DNA from: Pseudomonadota bacterium
Lineage (GTDB): Bacteria; Pseudomonadota; Gammaproteobacteria; Pseudomonadales; JBCDEX01
Length of the DNA: 36,007 bases
NCBI GenBank assembly: GCA_039178995.1
Contig: JBCDEX010000002.1
Span: forward strand, 1-36,007
Reading direction: 5' to 3'
Below the pieces are notes generated by a model. It did not search any database. It had not been told where the DNA came from and saw only the letters and a program-made list of their open reading frames with translations. Made by a program: the position numbers and the translations under genes. Numbering within the stretch: the stretch's first letter is position 1; each line of letters begins with the position of its first letter. Of the stretch, positions 19,939 to 28,394 are shown in pieces.

Positions 19939-19984
19939 AGAGTGTGTGTTCAGCAGCCGTGTTGGTTTGTGTTACACAAGCGCT

Positions 19985-22900
19985 TTAATCGTTCACGCTA
20001 GGTAAGATGTATTCATCAATTGAATTGGAACCTGCAGCAGCAGGGTTGCCATTAATCGACTGGATGAATTCCGCTGGAATGTGCCCATGAATCTTCGCAG
20101 GCGGTTGCAGCGGTTGACGTCTTGGATCGTCTTTTGCGTTCACGCCTGGCTTGAGCACCAGTGCGTCTAAGTCCAGTCCACCTTTTGCGTCTTTTACGTG
20201 ACACGCTAAACAGAACTCGTTTTTGCTTGAGTCTGGACGCGGTGCGTCGTGGAACACAGGTCCTTCTGGGAAGTGGATGTTCTTACGCACGCTCACTGTG
20301 TTTGCTGGCAAGCTCTTCAAATGCGCGCGATCGTCAACCAAGTTATTCTGGTAGCAAATGTACTGCTTGAACGTTGGCTTGTTGTTCGCGGCCAAGACCT
20401 TGCTGACAGCTTGGTGCATTGCGCTTGGGAACAAGTCGGCTTGCGCTTTCAATGCAGCTACGTTGTCGGCGGTGTCGTCGATGCCTACCAGCGTGCCGTG
20501 CGAGAAGTTACAAATCGTTTCTAAGTCTGGCTCATACGAGAACACTTTGTATTCGTCTATCCAACCTTTGAAGGTGGTGTGGTTAGCGTTACTTGAGTCG
20601 TCATTTTTATTGCCGGTAAACAGTGAGATCAAGAATGCAATCGGATTAAATGCGGGCTTCTTGTACTTGTGTACGCCTTTACCCAACACGATGTCACCGC
20701 CGTCGTTGATGCTCAATGCCGATCCATCGTCATTCGACAAAGTGAAGTCATGATATGGAAATCCGTTGGCAAAAATACGCACCGACTTGTCTTTAGACAC
20801 CAAGATACCAATGTTGAACCATTGCTCGTCGAGCCAGTTCATAGGCACATCAAACGTGTGAATTTCTTTGCCAAATTCGTCGTACACTTTGAAGGCATTG
20901 GCTGCGAATGTCACACGGCTCTTGTCTGGGAAGTTGATCAATACGGTTTCTTGATCGGCATCCAGCTCACGTGCGTCGATGAAGATCGAGTGATACCAAT
21001 CTTTGCCGTCCATCTCTTGAGGCTGGTCTTTTGATACGTTGTATTTAATGTGTGTTTTGCCATTGAACCACAAACCTTTACCGCGCACACCGCCGTTAGC
21101 CACTGGCTCCATACGGCCATGGAGTACCTCACCGCTGGTTGGTACGTCCCATACCTCTGGTAAGGTCGCTGCGCTGTTATCGACTTTGACTTGCCCCGAA
21201 AATCCGCCAAGCAGCTTGTGCCAGCCATCATAGAATGTGATGCGGAACGGGTTGTCGTTTTTGTAGCTCGCGGCAGCCACCATGTTGGATACGATGAACG
21301 CGTTTTGGTTTAAGTAATCGTCAAACGCAAACTCTTCAGTGGCAGAGCCTGTGCTCAATAACCACGTTACGTCACTCGGTGTGACTGGTTTCCAGTTTTC
21401 GTTGTAGTTGAGGCGGTTTTCAATCGTGTCGAGAATCGATGAGTTCTTCAACCAGAACTGACCTAAGTCATTGCCGTTGGCGTCCCACACAGGAACGTTT
21501 GACCCTGTTGGAAGTACTTCACTGTGATGCAATGCACGCGTGCCGCCCACCGTGACCTCATGATCTTTGTTTTGCGTGGATGACAGGGCGCTGTTTTCGT
21601 TGTACAAGCTCAAACGCGTTGCGTTGGTCAAGCCAATTTTAAAGTCGGCGCCGTTAATGAGGTTGTCGATCTGCACCATTTTTCCTTGCGTCCAACCGCC
21701 GATCACAAAGTACGTTTGGTCTTTGGTGGCGTCTTTGTCTTTTTTAACGCAGCCCTCGCCTTCATACACACAGCGGTTCGGGTAGCGGCCTTCATCTCCT
21801 TTGCCGTCGCCCCACATACGCGCTTCGTTGTACTGCATCATGATCATCTTGGCTTCTTTATCTACCCACGGATATGTACCTTTCATATCGTCGCCGTCTG
21901 GGATTGGGTTTCCCATTGGTCCGCGGAACGGATGCTGTGCAAATAAGTACTTTTTGTTGACGCGAGGGTCGTGTGGAGCGTGGCTTAATGGGTAGAAATC
22001 AGACCATTGCGACGCGTCACACGCTTTCGCATCTGGATCCGCGACGGAATACACCGCGTCGTAGTTACCAACGTTCACCTCACCCGTGACGGTATGTTTC
22101 CAAACCAATGGCACGTAGTTGCGACGTGCAATGAATATGCGACCATCACCCGGTGTGACGGTTTCAAACAACACGCCCGTGGGCTTGGTCGAGAACGAAG
22201 GCTTGCCCCATGTCACGTCTTCGATTTTGGCGCTCATTGTTTTTGGACTGCTGACGCGGATGTTGACTGGCACGCTGAACACACGATCAAAGTTGTTCAA
22301 CTGAGCGGCAAATAGCGGGGAGTCTTCATCGGTGAATTCTGGGCTGTTTACATTGTTCGAGGTGTTAAATCGATCTTGTACAAGACCGCCTGTGACGGCC
22401 ATGGTGTAACAATCGTCGTCACCACATTTTCTTGGGTTTGGCGCAGCGTCTGCGTCTTTGATGAACGGGTCACACAAGTTCACGAAGGTGCTCATATTGG
22501 CTTGCTTAATGCCCAGTTCACTGAATGGAATTTCGATGTGCTTAACGTTGACCGTTTGAGGACCAGGGGTGCTGTTCATGAACGGTTTCTTTAAGGCTTC
22601 GGGTTTATTCAAACGGAACATGATGGGGCGAGGCACACCGTCCACACCGCCTACGTCAGACGTGATGCCGATGCGGCCGTCTGCTGACCAGCGCATGCCG
22701 GGTAAATGCGGCTTGTAGTAACCGTCTTTGTAATCCACACCGACAACGCGTCGGTTGTTGAGTGGGATGTCTGGGTTGGGACGATGTTGACCTAGCGCGA
22801 TGCCTGGGTTCACAGTGAACTTGTCACCGCCGCCATCAGTAATCAGGCTGTACAGCCATAATTTACGGGTGTCGATTAATGTCTGCTCTGGAAACGTCAC

Positions 22901-23182
22901 CCCGTGTTCTGCTTCTTGTGCTTCAAAGTACCTTGGGAAGTTTGTGAAGAGGCTGGTTGCGAAGCCATTAGCGGTATTGGTCACAACGCCTGGGATCAAT
23001 GATGGTGTCACGCGATCGTTTTGCGACAGTTGACTGGCGGTCAACGCATCCATTTGTGAGTCCAGAGCGGCTCGTGATTTATACGTTTTTGTAAGTGTCT
23101 CTTGAACTTCGGAGGCGGTCACAGGCAGTGCGGCGCACAGCGTGAAGAGCAAAGACAGACAATTGAATGGTTTGTTAAACAT
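19985..23182 (-). CDS. Large secreted protein of unknown function with LamG-like (concanavalin-type) domain and C-terminal CxxCH segment
   Basis: The preferred start is ATG at 23182, preceded by GAGGTG. The ORF-track start at 23194 is a TTG inside the SD. Signal peptide MFNKPFNCLSLLFTLCAALPVTAS. A LamG-like block covers GVRGKGLWFNGKTHIKYN...DWYHSIFIDA...WFNIGILVSKDKSVRIFANG. Near the C-terminus, NEFCLACHVKDAKGGLDLDALVL is reminiscent of planctomycete-type cytochrome c (PSCyt) domains. I do not recognise the N-terminal ~650 aa. Confidence 0.8.
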   Translation of the reverse strand: MFNKPFNCLSLLFTLCAALPVTASEVQETLTKTYKSRAALDSQMDALTASQLSQNDRVTPSLIPGVVTNTANGFATSLFTNFPRYFEAQEAEHGVTFPEQTLIDTRKLWLYSLITDGGGDKFTVNPGIALGQHRPNPDIPLNNRRVVGVDYKDGYYKPHLPGMRWSADGRIGITSDVGGVDGVPRPIMFRLNKPEALKKPFMNSTPGPQTVNVKHIEIPFSELGIKQANMSTFVNLCDPFIKDADAAPNPRKCGDDDCYTMAVTGGLVQDRFNTSNNVNSPEFTDEDSPLFAAQLNNFDRVFSVPVNIRVSSPKTMSAKIEDVTWGKPSFSTKPTGVLFETVTPGDGRIFIARRNYVPLVWKHTVTGEVNVGNYDAVYSVADPDAKACDASQWSDFYPLSHAPHDPRVNKKYLFAQHPFRGPMGNPIPDGDDMKGTYPWVDKEAKMIMMQYNEARMWGDGKGDEGRYPNRCVYEGEGCVKKDKDATKDQTYFVIGGWTQGKMVQIDNLINGADFKIGLTNATRLSLYNENSALSSTQNKDHEVTVGGTRALHHSEVLPTGSNVPVWDANGNDLGQFWLKNSSILDTIENRLNYNENWKPVTPSDVTWLLSTGSATEEFAFDDYLNQNAFIVSNMVAAASYKNDNPFRITFYDGWHKLLGGFSGQVKVDNSAATLPEVWDVPTSGEVLHGRMEPVANGGVRGKGLWFNGKTHIKYNVSKDQPQEMDGKDWYHSIFIDARELDADQETVLINFPDKSRVTFAANAFKVYDEFGKEIHTFDVPMNWLDEQWFNIGILVSKDKSVRIFANGFPYHDFTLSNDDGSALSINDGGDIVLGKGVHKYKKPAFNPIAFLISLFTGNKNDDSSNANHTTFKGWIDEYKVFSYEPDLETICNFSHGTLVGIDDTADNVAALKAQADLFPSAMHQAVSKVLAANNKPTFKQYICYQNNLVDDRAHLKSLPANTVSVRKNIHFPEGPVFHDAPRPDSSKNEFCLACHVKDAKGGLDLDALVLKPGVNAKDDPRRQPLQPPAKIHGHIPAEFIQSINGNPAAAGSNSIDEYILPSVND

Positions 23183-23368
23183 CGAACACCTCAAATTATT
23201 GTTGTTATCAGCAAAACCCGTTGCAATTATTAATCGTTCATTATGAGCATTAAATCATAGTGCATAGTAAATTAATTTCCCAATCTTTTGTATATCGAAC
23301 CAGTTATTACAGTGGCTGCGGAGGTGTTTCGTGAGCCTGTTTTATCTCTTTCAGGCAGTCATCGCGTA

Positions 23369-23884
23369 TTACCGAGACCAGTCGTTGCCGTCTTTTGATC
23401 TCCATGATTGGTTGTCAATAAATAAGTCGCCTCCACCAATCAAGAAAAGCTGATCGTTAAAGGCGGTTAGCGTATGGAATTTTCGGCTGCCGAATGATGC
23501 AGAGCTAGTGACTTCCGTTCACTGCTTTCCATCCGTTGAAGACCAAATGTCCTCTTCCGCAAACCCTAATCTGCCATGACCGCCCACCATCCAGAGCGTA
23601 TTATTTAATTCAGCGATACGATGTGAGGCGCGCGCGTCAAACTCAACAGAGTCTGTTTCTTGTTGCCATGCGATGCCGTCGTCACTTGACCAGACGCTAC
23701 TTGCTTGAGTATAAGTACTCCCCGACTGGGTTAAGTTGCCCGCTGATATCCACAGTCTGTCGTTAAACACGTACGTTTCATGATAAAAGCGAGCCTCAAA
23801 CGTAGCAGGTGATGTTGTAGAGGGCCTTTCTTGTCGTTGGCATTTGGTTTGCTGTCGTATTGCTACATTGAATATCCTTTTCTG
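23369..23884 (-). pseudogene. Truncated Kelch/BNR-like propeller fragment with an in-frame TGA
   Basis: The frame is open from 23884 with no ATG. It contains about three blades (FEARFYHETYVFNDRLWISAG, RASHRIAELNNTLWMVGG, RKFHTLTAFNDQLFLIGG). The TGA at 23519-23521 sits where the repeat consensus DG..W needs Trp (DGKQ*TEV). There is no signal peptide. Confidence 0.65.
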
Positions 23885-23949
23885 TTAGGACGTATTTTTC
23901 AAGCAATACGCGCACGGTATGTGTTGAAAACATAATATGCCATGATAAT

Positions 23950-24210
23950 TCATGTCAGGTGAGGTGCTCGTGCGTTACATCCAGGCAGATTACGCTCATT
24001 GCACTGTGTGCGTATGTAGTGTTTGCCGGCGTCACTGAGGAGTTCGTATTGCTGGGCTGTTGGGATGTCGTGGTAGTAACTGGCATCGTATTTCCAATCG
24101 AGGGTTAATATATTACGTCGTTTTACTACCAGGGGTAGTCCGAGTCCAGAGACAATGAACAAGAGTACGGTCACTGGCAATGAGTTTTCCCAGTCATGGA
24201 GATTCAGCAA
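23950..24210 (-). CDS. Questionable ORF with one TM helix (TTG start), possibly the shifted continuation of 24194-24313
   Basis: Only a TTG start is available. It overlaps the upstream small ORF by 17 nt in another frame. There is one hydrophobic helix (LPVTVLLFIVSGLGLPLVV). Confidence 0.3.
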   Translation of the reverse strand: MLNLHDWENSLPVTVLLFIVSGLGLPLVVKRRNILTLDWKYDASYYHDIPTAQQYELLSDAGKHYIRTQCNERNLPGCNARAPHLT

Positions 24211-24313
24211 TGTGTAAGCGATTCTTTAGTGCGCAGAGACCCAGCACAAGAATCACTGGCATGAGCAGGAAAGGGAGGAGTAAGTCTCGCCGTGTGTTTG
24301 CCTTCGTATTCAT
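24194..24313 (-). CDS. Small (39-aa) single-TM membrane protein
   Basis: Found manually. A strong SD AGGAG lies 5 nt before the ATG. The translation is MNTKANTRRDLLLPFLLMPVILVLGLCALKNRLHIAESP. Confidence 0.45.
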   Translation of the reverse strand: MNTKANTRRDLLLPFLLMPVILVLGLCALKNRLHIAESP

Positions 24314-24768
24314 ATTAACTCCTGGTCGTTTGTTAACGCAGTCGTTTCAATTTAAATAGTTGCTTGGTGTTTCTCTAAGGACACCTTTTATGTCCGACGT
24401 AATGAGTTTGCTGCAGTAACGGTTGTTCAGCAAAGCTCTTGTAAGTCGTTATTGAGTCGATCAAATACAATATTGCGGTCGTTCGAACACGTAAATAATT
24501 TATATATCCCATCGGGGATGACATGAATCTATTGACGGTGCTCTGGATTCACGCCAGAAGAATCAAGGTGGGATTTAACGTCGACGGCTAACATCCCCCT
24601 TGATTCGGTTTTATGTTTTTTTCTTTTGTGATCTTTACTTTAACGGATTGACGAGTGCAAAATCCCTCGTCGTTTAGCAAAGTTTTTACAATCGCTTCAA
24701 AGCAATCCATTATGCTGTCGTTGCTTAGGGTGCTCGCATATTTTTGTGTAAGGCGTATTTCTTTGTGG

Positions 24769-25320
24769 TCAAATTCGGTTGCCCAACATGCGCCTTAAGG
24801 TACCATCTTTATCCACAAAATGATGCTTTAGCGCGCCCATGATGTGCAGAATGACGGCCGCACCGATCACTTTCGGTAATATGCCGTGCAGGGTGTTAGC
24901 GTTCTCAGCCGCTTGTGCATTTAAGGCAATCGCTTTTCCAGTGGCATCGTAATTTGACGCCAACAGCTCCAAGCCGAAAATCGCCAGCCCGTGTCCCCCC
25001 GTGCCGGACATAATCATCCCTGATATTGGAAACAGTACGGTGCCAATCAATAAGACCCAATGCACCGATTTCGCCAACATATGCTCAATGCTATTCTGTG
25101 TTCCAATCGGTGTTGGCCAGCCATTTTTTAAGCGCCACACCACGCGCACTAGGATCACCAAAAAAATGAGCATGCCTATGGATTTATGCGTTGGGTACAT
25201 GTCGTATACTTTGTTGTCTTGCATGTAAGTGCCCACGATCATCATGGCGATGATCGTAATGGCGATCAGCCAATGCAAGACTAATGTGATTTTTGAAAAT
25301 TGTTCTTTCGTATCGCTCAT
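24769..25320 (-). CDS. Cytochrome b561 family protein (CybB-like)
   Basis: Four TM helices with conserved His residues (ITLVLHWLIA, HKSIGMLIF, SVHWVLLIG, ILHIMGALKHH). The preferred start is ATG at 25320, preceded by GGAGAG. The ORF track extends to 25359. Confidence 0.85.
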   Translation of the reverse strand: MSDTKEQFSKITLVLHWLIAITIIAMMIVGTYMQDNKVYDMYPTHKSIGMLIFLVILVRVVWRLKNGWPTPIGTQNSIEHMLAKSVHWVLLIGTVLFPISGMIMSGTGGHGLAIFGLELLASNYDATGKAIALNAQAAENANTLHGILPKVIGAAVILHIMGALKHHFVDKDGTLRRMLGNRI

Positions 25321-25541
25321 GTTCTCTCCATTTGGGTTGATGCTATAGGAATAATGCATTCAGTTTAACGTGTTTCAGGGCGATGATAGATACCATTGAG
25401 TCACCAAATTGACTTTACTATTACAGCAGCGGCGATTCAGATAGAGGCATGGAGTCTCAATAATGTGTTATGGCGCACTGCGCTATTTATGCAATGTGTA
25501 TTTATAGGGTGAGCCTGTTTAGTTACACAACAAACACCCAC

Positions 25542-25566
25542 AAAAAAGGAGCTGAAGCTCCTTTTT
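25542..25566 (-). terminator. Intrinsic terminator closing the five-gene acyl-CoA operon
   Basis: AAAAAAGGAGC-tgaa-GCTCCTTTTT, located 26 nt past the stop of the last gene. Confidence 0.7.
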
Positions 25567-25591
25567 ATCATCCTATGTTGCGGTGTTCAGC

Positions 25592-26764
25592 TTACGCTTT
25601 CCCCAGCAACGCTCCACCTGTTGGAATGCCCACACCCGATGTCACCAAGACGTTGTTCACGTCTTTCTTTGGCTGGTTAACGGATGTGCCGCGTACCAAG
25701 CGAGTCGCTTCAACGATGCCGTTCACACCGTGGATGTAAGCTTCACTTAATTGACCGCCATGGGTGTTGGTTGGCAAGCGTCCGTCGAGGCGTAGGTTGC
25801 CGTCCAAGACAAAATCTTTTGCTTTGCCGCGTGGGCAGAAGCCCCAGGATTCCAACTGCCACAATACGATCGGCGTGAACGCGTCATAGATGACGGCTGC
25901 GTCGATGTCGTCTGGCGTCAAACCCGACTGTGCGTAGGCTTGTTCTGCTGCGTTGTCCATCGATGGAATCGCCGCAATTTCGTCGCGGTAGAAGCTGGTC
26001 ATGGATTCCATATTTGCCGCCGCCGATTGACCCACACCTTTCACCATAACGGCTGGGTGGTTTAAGTCTTTGGCGCGCTCTGGTGTGGTTAAGATCACCG
26101 CGCTGCCGCCGTCCGTTTCCAAACAGCAATCGTACAAGCTCAAGGGATCTACGATTTTCTTTTGTGCGTCGTAGTCGGCGCGGTCAAATGGCTGACCGTG
26201 GAATAATGCCGCTGGGTTGGTTGCCGCGTGATCACGTGTGGTTTTTGCCACTTCGTACAGCGCATCTTTGGTGCAGCCTGTGAGGTGCATGTAACGTTGA
26301 GTGTACATGGCCACCCAGCTTGCCGGTGTTAACAAACCAAACGGCATGTACCAACCCCAGTGAATCGCATCGGCGGTGCTGATCGCACCCGATACACCGT
26401 CACTGAATCGATGACCTGAACGACCGTTTAATGCACGGTAACACACAACCACTTCGGCAGCGCCAGTGGCAATCGCCATCGTCGCTTGGTGAATCAAACC
26501 GGTGCCTGCGCCACCGCCGTGAGGGACACGTGAGTAGAAGCTTAAGTCGCCAATGCCCACCGCGCGTGCGACTTCGATTTCGTCGTTGGTGTCCATGGTG
26601 AATGTGGTCATACCGTCTACGTCAGATGGTTTTAAACCAGCGTCTTTCAATGCACCTGCAACGGCTTCACACGCCAATTGCGTTTCTGAGCGACCTGAGT
26701 TTTTTGAAAATTCGGTATTGGCAACGCCAACAATTGCTGCTTTGTCTTTAAATTGAGCAACCAT
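25592..26764 (-). CDS. Thiolase-fold protein lacking catalytic cysteines (SCP-x / Ltp2-like, predicted retro-aldolase subunit)
   Basis: The N-terminus AAIVGVANTEFSKNSGRSE is typical of lipid-transfer-protein-type thiolases. Where thiolases carry C-[AG]-S-G, this protein reads HGGGAGTGLIHQATMAIATGAAEVVV. The C-terminal TSGVGIPTGG also has no Cys. Confidence 0.8.
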   Translation of the reverse strand: MVAQFKDKAAIVGVANTEFSKNSGRSETQLACEAVAGALKDAGLKPSDVDGMTTFTMDTNDEIEVARAVGIGDLSFYSRVPHGGGAGTGLIHQATMAIATGAAEVVVCYRALNGRSGHRFSDGVSGAISTADAIHWGWYMPFGLLTPASWVAMYTQRYMHLTGCTKDALYEVAKTTRDHAATNPAALFHGQPFDRADYDAQKKIVDPLSLYDCCLETDGGSAVILTTPERAKDLNHPAVMVKGVGQSAAANMESMTSFYRDEIAAIPSMDNAAEQAYAQSGLTPDDIDAAVIYDAFTPIVLWQLESWGFCPRGKAKDFVLDGNLRLDGRLPTNTHGGQLSEAYIHGVNGIVEATRLVRGTSVNQPKKDVNNVLVTSGVGIPTGGALLGKA

Positions 26765-26836
26765 GTTTTGTTCCTTTTGTCTTGGCCGATCCGCGATCGG
26801 CGCTGATTATATTCAGTTACGACTGTATTCGTTTAA

Positions 26837-27253
26837 TTACTTCGGCAATTCGACGCTGACCATGCCCGTCATGTGCATGCCCCAGGTGTTGTTTTCGCCA
26901 ACCACTTCGATGTCTACGGTGTTGCTCTCGTCGTGTTTGGCTTTCACTTCTCCGGTGATGGTCATCACAAATCCTGGAAGGTTAGGCGCGCCTAATTTTA
27001 AATCCACTTTGCTCAACCGTGAGTCGGGTCCTGACCAATCGGTGACGTAACGTCCCATCAAACCATTGCTGGTTAAGATGTTCATGAATACGTCAGGAAG
27101 ACCGGCTTTTTGCGCGGCTTTTTTGTCGTGATGCACTGGCGTGTAGTCACGCGATACGGCAGCACCGCCAACGATCAAGCTACTGGTGATGGGGATTTCC
27201 AATGCGGGTAATGTGTCGCCGACATTCACGGCGCTGTATGATTTTGTTTGCAT
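26837..27253 (-). CDS. MaoC-like hot-dog hydratase subunit (ChsH1-like)
   Basis: 138 aa. SRDYTPVHHDKKAAQKAGLPDVFMNILTSNG is the MaoC dehydratase motif. Confidence 0.8.
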   Translation of the reverse strand: MQTKSYSAVNVGDTLPALEIPITSSLIVGGAAVSRDYTPVHHDKKAAQKAGLPDVFMNILTSNGLMGRYVTDWSGPDSRLSKVDLKLGAPNLPGFVMTITGEVKAKHDESNTVDIEVVGENNTWGMHMTGMVSVELPK

Positions 27254-27314
27254 AATCTTGTCCTAAAATAAATGAGTTCTGTCCAAACCTGTGTGACGTT
27301 TTGTTGTCGGTCGT

Positions 27315-28295
27315 TTACGCGAGGTAGAACATTGGTAGGGTGGTTTCGGCGTCAATTTCTTCGATCTTGCCGGTGACCTTTTTACCAATGGCAACGTCTT
27401 TTGGATCACAGTCCGTGATGTTTGCAACAATGCGCGTGCCTTCTTCTAACGAAATAACGGCGCAGATTAATGGGTACTGATAGCCCGGGAATTTAGGGTA
27501 GTGCAATTGCGTGAAACTGAAAATTTCACCTTTCATGGTGGACTCAATGCTGTCCCACTTAGTCGACTGACACTCACCACACATGCTGCGTGCAGGATGA
27601 CGTAGGGTGTTGCAGCTGGTGCAACGTTGGATCATGAGTTTTTTGTCTTTTTCCAGTGCATCCCACCACCATGCGTTGTCGTGACCGCGAGGTGACTTGA
27701 TGCGCGTCGCTGGTGCCGGTGCGCCTGAGTCAGCGGGTGCGGCTGCGGCTTGGTTTGACTCGTTGGGTACAAACTTCAATACACGGAACACCATGCGACC
27801 CACGTCTTCACCGTTTTGATCGGTGTAGGTTGTCACGGTTTCAATGAAATAGCCGATGCCCCGTGCGGTGGCTTTTTGTTCTGAAATAGTATCGATTACG
27901 GTGTGTGCGGTGATCAAATCACCCGGTGTGACGTCACGGAAATACTCTTGCGTGCAGTTCGTGCCCAGTACGCCTGTATAGCCATGGTCGTCGAATACTT
28001 TGTGCAATAAACGTTGCGTGTCCAGCTCCGACTCGTCGGTCGATGGGTTGTGCATTGGATAGCCTTCCAAGCTCCACGCTTGCAACATTGTCGGTGGTGC
28101 AATGATACTTTTTTTGCTCGACGCGGCGGCTGCAGCTTCGTCGGTGTACACGGGGTTGTTGTCGCCCATTACTTCACACCAGTGGCGAATCATTGGTTTG
28201 TTCACGGCGTCTAAGGCAGGGGTTGGGGGTGCCATTTCTTTGCCAATGTATGCGTAAATTTTGTCTTCAAATGCGCTTTTTTCTTGAGCATTCAT
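27315..28295 (-). CDS. MaoC_N-like hot-dog domain fused to a DUF35 OB-fold/zinc-ribbon domain (ChsH2-like)
   Basis: N-terminal RHWCEVMGDNNPVYTDEAAA hot-dog, an Ala/Pro linker, then CTSCNTLRHPARSMCGECQS (C-x2-C...C-x2-C ribbon) followed by an OB-fold tail. Confidence 0.8.
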   Translation of the reverse strand: MNAQEKSAFEDKIYAYIGKEMAPPTPALDAVNKPMIRHWCEVMGDNNPVYTDEAAAAASSKKSIIAPPTMLQAWSLEGYPMHNPSTDESELDTQRLLHKVFDDHGYTGVLGTNCTQEYFRDVTPGDLITAHTVIDTISEQKATARGIGYFIETVTTYTDQNGEDVGRMVFRVLKFVPNESNQAAAAPADSGAPAPATRIKSPRGHDNAWWWDALEKDKKLMIQRCTSCNTLRHPARSMCGECQSTKWDSIESTMKGEIFSFTQLHYPKFPGYQYPLICAVISLEEGTRIVANITDCDPKDVAIGKKVTGKIEEIDAETTLPMFYLA

Positions 28296-28394
28296 ACTGT
28301 GAGGTCCTATTGTCTTATGGTTAATGCGTGCAACGACGTGTTATCGTCTCGACATCATAAAATGTCGTCGCACGTTGGTCGTTAAATCGATTAC

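Noticed and set aside
24330-24768. Possible relic of a decayed gene in the ~440-bp AT-rich gap upstream of the small membrane ORF
   Set aside because: On the minus strand a 40-codon ORF (24588-24710, MDCFEAIVKTLLNDEGF...) continues in another frame for about 57 codons with one internal stop. There is no SD, I recognise no family, and short open stretches are expected in AT-rich spacers. It cannot be supported from sequence alone.
25470-25739. An 89-aa plus-strand ORF spanning the operon terminator and the 3' end of the Ltp2-like gene
   Set aside because: It runs through a terminator hairpin and is antisense to a conserved CDS. It has no SD and its composition is not protein-like.
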